Source: an uncultured Coriobacteriaceae bacterium (GTDB taxonomy: Bacteria > Actinomycetota > Coriobacteriia > Coriobacteriales > QAMH01). Taken from it: a stretch of 64,000 bases of DNA. The notes under the pieces are model-generated. The model was not told where the DNA came from. It did no database searches and saw nothing but the letters and a program-made list of their open reading frames with translations. The translations under genes were made by a program, and so were the position numbers. Numbering within the stretch: the first letter of the stretch is position 1; the number at the start of each line of letters is the position of its first letter. This document shows positions 57,663 to 64,000 of the stretch, piece by piece. The stretch lies in the NCBI GenBank assembly GCA_900544245.1, contig UQUH01000003.1:145-64144 (forward strand), written 5' to 3'.

Positions 57663-58394
57663 CTAGTCGTCTTGCGCTGATTTGCTCTTGCGCTTTTCCA
57701 GGACGTGTCCGCGCTTGTCCTTCTTCAGCTTCGAGTCCTTGTGGTCGATAGGACGGCCTTCGGGTTTGATGATGCGCACATACGGGGAGTCAGCCTCGAT
57801 GAGCTCCTGAACTTCCTCGTACGTGAAGCCTTTGTTCTCGAAGATGCGGCTTTTGAGGTTGTTGAGTAAGCCCGGCGGTGCGTAGTCGTTTCCCTCGCTC
57901 AGTCCCTTCCATTCCTCCTTGATGAGGATGGCGACGAAGGCGGCCACGGCGATGCGGAGCTTCTCGAGCTCATGTGCGTGAATCTCGTAGCACATGCCCT
58001 TGTCCTTGAAGTTCACGAGCTTGATGTGCACCGCCTTGCGGTCGAAGCTCGTGAGTGTTTCCTCGGAGAAGGTGCACGGGGGCTTGTGGGCGCATCCGTA
58101 GAGATCCCATACCATGCCCTCGATGTAGTAGTGATGCTCGATGACGATCGTATGCAGGATGTACTCCCAGCGCTCATAGCGAATGTAGTAGTTGAGCACG
58201 TTGTTGTCGGGTTTGATGAGGCCGACCTGGCCGCCCATGCGCCCCATGATCTGCACACGGTCCTTCTCGCTGCTCCAGCCCTGTTTGCTCGTGAAGCGGA
58301 GGAAGACGTCTCCGTCCTCGTACCAGGCATCGAAGTCCTCGTGCTTGGCGATGGCGTCTTGCTGGATATAGATCTTGTTAAACTTCTGAGCCAC
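57663..58394 (-). CDS. Hypothetical protein, no recognisable family
   Basis: 243-aa ORF with an ATG start, bounded by the terminator at 57575-57611. Lys/Tyr/His/Ile-rich with a highly basic C-terminal tail (KDSKLKKDKRGHVLEKRKSKS). Confidence 0.7.
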   Translation of the reverse strand: MAQKFNKIYIQQDAIAKHEDFDAWYEDGDVFLRFTSKQGWSSEKDRVQIMGRMGGQVGLIKPDNNVLNYYIRYERWEYILHTIVIEHHYYIEGMVWDLYGCAHKPPCTFSEETLTSFDRKAVHIKLVNFKDKGMCYEIHAHELEKLRIAVAAFVAILIKEEWKGLSEGNDYAPPGLLNNLKSRIFENKGFTYEEVQELIEADSPYVRIIKPEGRPIDHKDSKLKKDKRGHVLEKRKSKSAQDD

Positions 58395-58540
58395 GAAATC
58401 CCCTTTGATTTGCGGTTACGCTTTGGCAATTATAGCCCAGATGCCTTTGCAGAACTCCTCGCATGAGGTACTGTCATGAGGATGCATTTTATGCGTAGGA
58501 AACGGCGTGTCATGCGCACTCGGATGAGAGGACTATCGTC

Positions 58541-59029
58541 ATGCTCGATGGAACAACCGTAACCCTGACTTTCGAGGGTCGTCTACCAGACGGCACCGTC
58601 TATGACAAGATGACCGCGGAGAATCCCCTTGTGTTCCAGGTTGGTCACGATATGGTGCTCGACGGCTTCGAGCGCGAGGTGCGCGAGATGGTCGAGGGCG
58701 AGAAGAAGACCTTCACCATCAAGGACTGGGAGGCCTTTGGCGAGCATCTCGACGAGCAGACCGAGGAAGTCCCCATGGAGGTCATGCCCAACATGAAGGG
58801 CCTCGAGATCGGCAAGGTCATCTGGATGATCGCCGAGGACGAGTCCAAGGTGCCGGTTACGATCAAGGACATCACCCCCGAAGCCGTGACGCTCGATTTC
58901 AATCATCCGCTGGCAGGCAATGACCTCACCTTCGATGTCGAAATCATCAAGGTCGACGAGTCCACGGCAGATGATCCCAATGCACCCAAGAGGGAGATTC
59001 CCAAGGATCCGCTCGACCTCATCATGTAG
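58541..59029 (+). CDS. FKBP-type peptidyl-prolyl cis-trans isomerase (SlyD-like, with insert-in-flap)
   Basis: 162 aa. VTLTFEGRLPDGTVYD...FQVGHDMVLDGFEREV...DFNHPLAGNDLTFDVEII. Confidence 0.85.
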   Translation: MLDGTTVTLTFEGRLPDGTVYDKMTAENPLVFQVGHDMVLDGFEREVREMVEGEKKTFTIKDWEAFGEHLDEQTEEVPMEVMPNMKGLEIGKVIWMIAEDESKVPVTIKDITPEAVTLDFNHPLAGNDLTFDVEIIKVDESTADDPNAPKREIPKDPLDLIM

Positions 59030-59041
59030 GGGGCATGCGCC

Positions 59042-59455
59042 ATGTACAAGAACATCCTCATCGCGGCTGATGGTTCGGAAAACTCGCTGCGGGCAACGCA
59101 GCAGGCGGCAGACATCGCCTCCCTGCTCGTGGACGCCAAGGTCGAGCTCGTCTCTGTCATCGCCATCGACGTCTACTCGGACATGGTCTATGACCCCATC
59201 GAGGCGCATGGCGAAGCGCAGCGCGAAATCCTCGAGGGCGCTTCGGCCATTCTGTCAGATGCGGGCATCAACCACGAGATTGTCTTGCTGCATGGACGTC
59301 CTGCCGACGAGATCATCCGCTACGCGGAGGAGTCGGGTGCCGACTTGCTCGTAATGGGCAGCCGAGGCCTAGGCGCCTTGCGCGAGTTTGCGCTTGGCAG
59401 CGTGAGCCACAAGGTGCTCACCCATGCCAAGTGTCCGGTGCTGGTGGTCAAGTAG
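59042..59455 (+). CDS. Universal stress protein (UspA family)
   Basis: 137 aa. MYKNILIAADGSENS...DLLVMGSRGLGALREFALGSVSHKVLTHAKCPVLVV. Confidence 0.85.
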   Translation: MYKNILIAADGSENSLRATQQAADIASLLVDAKVELVSVIAIDVYSDMVYDPIEAHGEAQREILEGASAILSDAGINHEIVLLHGRPADEIIRYAEESGADLLVMGSRGLGALREFALGSVSHKVLTHAKCPVLVVK

Positions 59456-59499
59456 GCAATGCCACGTTTCACCCTATGCCATCGTTAGACACCTTTGCA

Positions 59500-59532
59500 C
59501 GAAAGAGGGGCGCCATCCGCGCCCCTCTTTCG
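59500..59532. terminator. Bidirectional terminator hairpin between usp (+) and the MBL gene (-)
   Basis: CGAAAGAGGGGCGC-CATCC-GCGCCCCTCTTTCG, a 14-bp perfect stem. Confidence 0.75.
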
Positions 59533-59612
59533 CAAGGAGCGCGCTTTTCGCATCCGCAGTCTTGGCATTTGGCCCAGCTGGGACAAATACGGGATCGGGA
59601 AGAGAAAAACCC

Positions 59613-60233
59613 TTACAGATGCAGCTCGGCCCCGGGAACGAGGATGATGCGTCCGGGAGCCTGGAATGCCTCGAGCTTGGCCTCGTCGTACTCGGCAACT
59701 GTGGCGTCGGCGGAGTCGATGGGTACCTCGTGGACGGGGATATTGTGCTTCGCGCCGACAAGCTTGGCGCATTCGGACGCCTCATCCGCATCCATGTTGT
59801 ACACCCCATCGCAGGGAAACGTTGCATAGTCGAGCTCCATGGCGGCCAGCTTGCCGCTCTTCATGTCCTCTGTCATGCTCGTGTCGCCGGCGGCATAGAA
59901 GCTCTTGCCGTCGAGGTCGAGCACGTAGCCAACGCACTCATCGGACGGATGGTGATCGTTATAGGCCTGCGCTGCCTGGATCTTCACGCCGTGAGATTCC
60001 GTGGAGAGATACTCGTCGCTCGTGGGATGCAGGTCCTTCGCGCGGATGACCGTGCAGCCAGACGCATGAGGCATCTTGTCGACAGCGTCATGGTCGAAGT
60101 GGTCGTGGGTGACCAGGATGAGGTCGGCCTCGAGCTCGTACTCCTTTCCGAAATACGGATCGACGTAGATGACCGTATCGTCGTCGAGCGTGAATCTGTA
60201 GGAGCCATGCCCCTGGAATAGCATCGTAGCCAT
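59613..60233 (-). CDS. Metallo-beta-lactamase fold hydrolase (UPF0173-like)
   Basis: ORF reaches 60266. ATG at 60233 has GAGGAGG 7 nt upstream. HxHxDH motif VTHDHFDHD. Confidence 0.8.
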   Translation of the reverse strand: MATMLFQGHGSYRFTLDDDTVIYVDPYFGKEYELEADLILVTHDHFDHDAVDKMPHASGCTVIRAKDLHPTSDEYLSTESHGVKIQAAQAYNDHHPSDECVGYVLDLDGKSFYAAGDTSMTEDMKSGKLAAMELDYATFPCDGVYNMDADEASECAKLVGAKHNIPVHEVPIDSADATVAEYDEAKLEAFQAPGRIILVPGAELHL

Positions 60234-60335
60234 GATGAACCTCCTCGCTCGTATTTTTATATCCATATAAGATTATAGGCAGCGCACTATATAATGCACT
60301 GCCCATAATCGAAAAAACACATTGAGGATTGACGG

Positions 60336-62246
60336 CTACTTCATGAGTGCGCAAATCGCCTCGTTGAATGCTGCCGAATCGGCAATCTCGAGTCCCTCGG
60401 CCAGACGTGCTTGGTTGTAGAGCAGGTTTGCGTACTGGGCGATCTTCTCGGTATCGCCGGCCTCCTGCGCGGCCTGCAACGTCGCGAAGACGGGATGCTC
60501 GGTGTTGAGTTCGAGGACATGCTTTGCCTCGGGACGCTCGCCTGCGGCGGCCGGAATGGTGGCGAAGTACTTCTCCATACCCAGGCTCACGGGGCCATCG
60601 GCCACGATGCAACAAGCGGCATCGTTCAGGCGCGTGGTCGCGGTGACGTTGGTAATATCGTCGGGAAGCGCCTCGGTCATCGCCTCGAACAGCGAGCTGT
60701 TCTCCTCGCGCTTCTTGGCGACCTCCTCCTTCTCCTCCTCGGTCTCAAGACCAAGGTCCTCGCCGCTGGCGACATTGCGCATTTCCTTGTCGTCATAGCT
60801 GCCGATGGAGAGCAGGCAGAACTCGTCGACATTGTCGCCGCAGAGCAGGACGTCGTAGCCGCGCGAGACGACCGACGTGACGCTCGGGCTTTGGGCCAGG
60901 CGTGCGACGGTGTCACCGGAAGCAAAGAAGATGCTTTCCTGGCCCTCTTGCATGCCGGCGACGTACTCGGCCAGCGTGATGGGCTTGTCCTCCTTGGCGG
61001 AGTGGAAGAGCAGCAGGTCCTGCAGCAGGTCCTTGCGCGCGCCATAGGTCGAGTAGATGTCGTACTTGAGCACATGGCCGAACTTGCCGAAGAAGTCGAC
61101 ATAGGCCTCGCGGTCATCCTTGCAGAGCTTCTCGAGCTCCTGCTTGATCTTCTTCTCGATGCGACGCTCGATGGCGATGAGCTGGCGGTCTTGCTGGAGC
61201 GTCTCGCGCGAGATGTTGAGGTTGAGGTCGGGACTGTCGACGACGCCGCGCACGAAGCCGAAGCAGTCCGGCAGCAGGTCCTCGCAGTGCTCCATGATCA
61301 TGACGTTGTTGCTGTAGAGCGCCAGCCCTCGCTGGAAGTCCTTGGCGTACAGGTTCATGGGCGCATCCGTGGGGATGAAGAGCAGCGCGTCGTAGTTCAA
61401 GCTACCCTCGGCGTGCATGGAGATGGTGCGCAGGGGCGTATCGGCCGTATGGAACTGGGCCTGGTAGAAATCGGCATACTCCTCGTCGGAGACCTCCGAC
61501 TTCTTCTTGGTCCAGATGGGAATCATCGAGTTGAGGATTTCCTCCTCGACGTACGTTTCGGTTGCGGGCACGTAGTCATCGCCGGCATCCTCGGGCTTGG
61601 GCAGCGTGCGCGTCTTCTCCATGTCCATGAGGATGGGGTAGCGGATGTAATCGCTGTAGCGCTTGACCAAGTGCTTGACGAGCGCCTGGGAGAGGTACTC
61701 GTCGTAGTTGACCTCGTCGGTGTTCTCGCGCAGATGCAAGATGATGTCGGTGCCGCGTTCTGCCCGCTCGGCTTCGCTGATGTTGTAGCCCTCGACGCCG
61801 TCGCTTTCCCACTTGAAGGCCTCGTCGCTGCCATAGGCCCTCGAGATGACCGTCACCTTGTCGGCGACCATGAAGGAGGAGTAGAAGCCAACGCCGAACT
61901 GGCCGATGATGTCGACTTCCTCGAGGTTCTCCGCGTCCGAGCTCTTGAACTCGAGCGAACCGGAATGGGCGATGGTGCCGAGGTTCTTGTCGAGCTCGTC
62001 CTTCGTCATGCCGATGCCGTCGTCGCTGATGGTAAGCGTGCGCGCGTCCTTGTCGATGGCGATCTTGATGTGCAGGTCGCTGCGCATGACGGAGCTGTCC
62101 TTGTTCTCGAGCGAGCTGAGGTAGAGCTTGTCGAGGGAGTCCGACGCGTTGGAGATGAGCTCGCGCAGGAAGATCTCGCGGTTGGTGTAGATGGAGTTAA
62201 TCATCAAGTCGAGCAGCTTCTTGCTCTCTGTCTTGAATTTACGCAT
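60336..62246 (-). CDS. htpG: Molecular chaperone HtpG (Hsp90)
   Basis: 636 aa. FKTESKKLLDLMINSIYTNREIFLRELISNASD, GQFGVGFYS. Confidence 0.96.
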   Translation of the reverse strand: MRKFKTESKKLLDLMINSIYTNREIFLRELISNASDSLDKLYLSSLENKDSSVMRSDLHIKIAIDKDARTLTISDDGIGMTKDELDKNLGTIAHSGSLEFKSSDAENLEEVDIIGQFGVGFYSSFMVADKVTVISRAYGSDEAFKWESDGVEGYNISEAERAERGTDIILHLRENTDEVNYDEYLSQALVKHLVKRYSDYIRYPILMDMEKTRTLPKPEDAGDDYVPATETYVEEEILNSMIPIWTKKKSEVSDEEYADFYQAQFHTADTPLRTISMHAEGSLNYDALLFIPTDAPMNLYAKDFQRGLALYSNNVMIMEHCEDLLPDCFGFVRGVVDSPDLNLNISRETLQQDRQLIAIERRIEKKIKQELEKLCKDDREAYVDFFGKFGHVLKYDIYSTYGARKDLLQDLLLFHSAKEDKPITLAEYVAGMQEGQESIFFASGDTVARLAQSPSVTSVVSRGYDVLLCGDNVDEFCLLSIGSYDDKEMRNVASGEDLGLETEEEKEEVAKKREENSSLFEAMTEALPDDITNVTATTRLNDAACCIVADGPVSLGMEKYFATIPAAAGERPEAKHVLELNTEHPVFATLQAAQEAGDTEKIAQYANLLYNQARLAEGLEIADSAAFNEAICALMK

Positions 62247-62440
62247 GGGTGTATGTCCTTTCGCGTGCGTTATATATACAAACAGTGATTGTACGAGAGG
62301 GAGGTATGGTCATGCATTAGCTGTCACAGATATGTTACCTAATTGCATTCGGTTAGAATATCTAAGTCGATTTATAGCAGATATTAGGGGTCTTCTTCCT
62401 TTTGAAACCTAAAGACTCGTATCGATGTAGAATAGCGCCC

Positions 62441-63652
62441 ATGACGCAATCCATGACATATGACGATGCCGTTGCCACGCTCGAGGATGCGCTCAAGTTC
62501 GGGATGGATCCCTCGCTCGAGCCGATTCGAGCGATGTGCGCGGCGATGGGCGACCCGCAGAAGCGCTATCGATGCGTGCAGGTGGCCGGCACCAACGGAA
62601 AGTCCTCGACGACGCGCATGATCGCGGCCCTTTTGCATGCCCAGGGGCTGCGCGTCGGGCTATACGTATCGCCGCACCTGATCAAGTATCCCGAGCGCAT
62701 CGAGATCGACGGGCGCGTCGTGAGCGACGAGGATTTCGCGCGGGGCATCGAGGTGGCCCTTGATGCGGCTGCGCGTGCGGGCGTACAGGCAACGGAGTTC
62801 GAGTTGCTCACGGCGGCGGCGTTGTGGCTGTTTGCACGGGAAGATGTCGATTGGGCCGTTCTCGAGTGCGGTTTGGGTGGACGCTGGGACGCGACGAGCG
62901 TCGTGGATCCGCAAGTCGCCGTCATCACGGGCGTGGCGCTTGAACACACTGCGATCCTCGGCGACACGATCGAGAAGATCGCGGGCGAGAAGGCGGCCAT
63001 CATCAAGCCGGGGAGCCATGCGATATTCGCGCACGATCTTGCAGCGCATGAGGTCTTCGAGCGCCAGGCGCAAGACGTTGGGACGCCTTATTCGTACGCA
63101 AAACTCGATGCGACAAGAGCATTCGATGATGAGCTTGCATATATGCCCGTCTACCAGCGTTCAAACCTCGCGACGGCATTGGCAGCTGTTACCGTTGCGC
63201 TTGGTCATGCACCTTCGCCCGAAAGCGCCAGCATTGCGTTGGGCGGGCTGGTTATCCCCGGACGTTTTGAGATTCTGCGGCATGATCCGCTCGTCATCGT
63301 CGACGCCGCGCACAACCCGCAGTCAGCTCACGTGCTCGCAGGGGAGCTGAGGAGACTCTTCGACGGGGATGCGGCGATTCCCACGCTGCTGCTTGGCGTA
63401 CTGGATGACAAGGATGCGCGTGGCATCATACGCGAGCTCTGCCCGCTGTTCGACCGCATCGTCGTCACGGCATCATCGTCTACACGAGCCGTTCCGGCCA
63501 CCGAACTCGCCAGTCTCGTCGCGGAGGAGACTGGCGTGCGCCCCGAGGCGACGCATGACGTTCGCGCGGCTCAGGAGTTGCTTTCCGGAGAGCCTATCGT
63601 CGCCACGGGCTCCATTACCGTTGCTGGCGAGGTGAAGGGCATTTGGTGCTAG
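62441..63652 (+). CDS. folC: Bifunctional folylpolyglutamate synthase / dihydrofolate synthase
   Basis: ORF from 62402. ATG at 62441 gives MTQSMTYDDAV.... P-loop VAGTNGKSS, Mur-ligase middle and C-terminal domains. Confidence 0.9.
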   Translation: MTQSMTYDDAVATLEDALKFGMDPSLEPIRAMCAAMGDPQKRYRCVQVAGTNGKSSTTRMIAALLHAQGLRVGLYVSPHLIKYPERIEIDGRVVSDEDFARGIEVALDAAARAGVQATEFELLTAAALWLFAREDVDWAVLECGLGGRWDATSVVDPQVAVITGVALEHTAILGDTIEKIAGEKAAIIKPGSHAIFAHDLAAHEVFERQAQDVGTPYSYAKLDATRAFDDELAYMPVYQRSNLATALAAVTVALGHAPSPESASIALGGLVIPGRFEILRHDPLVIVDAAHNPQSAHVLAGELRRLFDGDAAIPTLLLGVLDDKDARGIIRELCPLFDRIVVTASSSTRAVPATELASLVAEETGVRPEATHDVRAAQELLSGEPIVATGSITVAGEVKGIWC

Positions 63653-63696
63653 AATCTGCAGCATTAGCTCGCAGGCAAAGACAGTAAGAAGGCGAC

Positions 63697-64000
63697 ATGT
63701 CCGATATCCTCTCATCGGTACTCACATTTCCCGTTCGCATAATCCTCATCTTGACCGTGGTCATCCTGATCGGCCTTTGGATTGTCTCCATCGTCTGGGT
63801 CAACAGGGATGCCAAGACGCGCGAGGCACCCGTCACGCTCTGGACCGCCGTCGCCATCGTTCCCGTCGCCGGCCTGGTTGCCTACTGCCTGCTGCGTCCG
63901 CCCCTCAACGCCGCGGATTCCACTGAGCAGGCCATGAATCTCGAGCTCATGGGTCGTCAGCTGTCCGATTACGGGAATTGCCCCCGTTGCGGCGAGCCGG
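63697..64000 (+). CDS. Hypothetical membrane protein with zinc-ribbon start (3'-truncated by window end)
   Basis: ATG at 63697 with a TAAGAAGG RBS. Open to the end of the window. Two TM segments, a WVNRDAKTR motif, then CPRCGEP. Not in the supplied track because no stop codon is reached. Confidence 0.55.
   Translation, partial: MSDILSSVLTFPVRIILILTVVILIGLWIVSIVWVNRDAKTREAPVTLWTAVAIVPVAGLVAYCLLRPPLNAADSTEQAMNLELMGRQLSDYGNCPRCGEP

Noticed and set aside
62310-62350. TTAGC...CTAA-type inverted repeat upstream of htpG, considered as a CIRCE (HrcA) or HAIR (HspR) operator.
   Set aside because: Only ~6/9 and ~4/9 matches to the CIRCE half-sites TTAGCACTC/GAGTGCTAA, and no CTTGAGT-N7-ACTCAAG. Too weak to call.

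Overview
This is a high-GC chromosome segment of actinobacterial type. Gene content and order fit class Coriobacteriia best, but that is inference: no database search was possible. About half the window (6.1-35.9 kb, all on the + strand) is the core transcription/translation super-cluster: rpoB-rpoC, rpsL-rpsG-fusA, then rpsJ through rplQ (S10/spc/alpha operons including secY-adk-map-infA-rpmJ and rpoA), followed by ecfT and truA. The left flank holds a glycyl radical enzyme, an MFS transporter and a two-domain PPK2. The right flank holds, in order:
- an orphan ACP, two small membrane proteins, maf and a HAD phosphatase
- an AddB/AddA-type helicase-nuclease pair, dinB and a DUF47 protein
- tRNA-Leu(TAG), then tig-clpP-clpX-valS
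- a flavodoxin-like reductase, larB, two small Cys-containing ORFs and a large MFS transporter
- an unrecognised 243-aa protein, then FKBP/USP/MBL/htpG, folC and a truncated membrane/zinc-ribbon ORF

I recognised no CRISPR array, transposase, integrase, phage or toxin-antitoxin signature, and I cannot point to a multi-gene novel system.

The unusual signals sit inside the housekeeping core:
1. RpoC has a ~240-aa C-terminal extension containing a module that aligns without gaps to this genome's own RpoA C-terminal domain.
2. RpoB carries a 170-aa acidic tail with a repeated acidic-L-I/L-G motif, and that motif is also the last residues of RpoC.
3. L17 and L16 carry long charged tails, and L24 has a Cys4 zinc-ribbon variant.
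4. The ribosomal-protein operons are interrupted by unusually long spacers (88-300 nt) full of strong stem-loops, including an intrinsic terminator between rpsJ and rplC.
5. A 103-nt element with perfect 23-bp terminal inverted repeats lies between ecfT and truA.

All functional calls rest on motifs and family resemblance read by eye.
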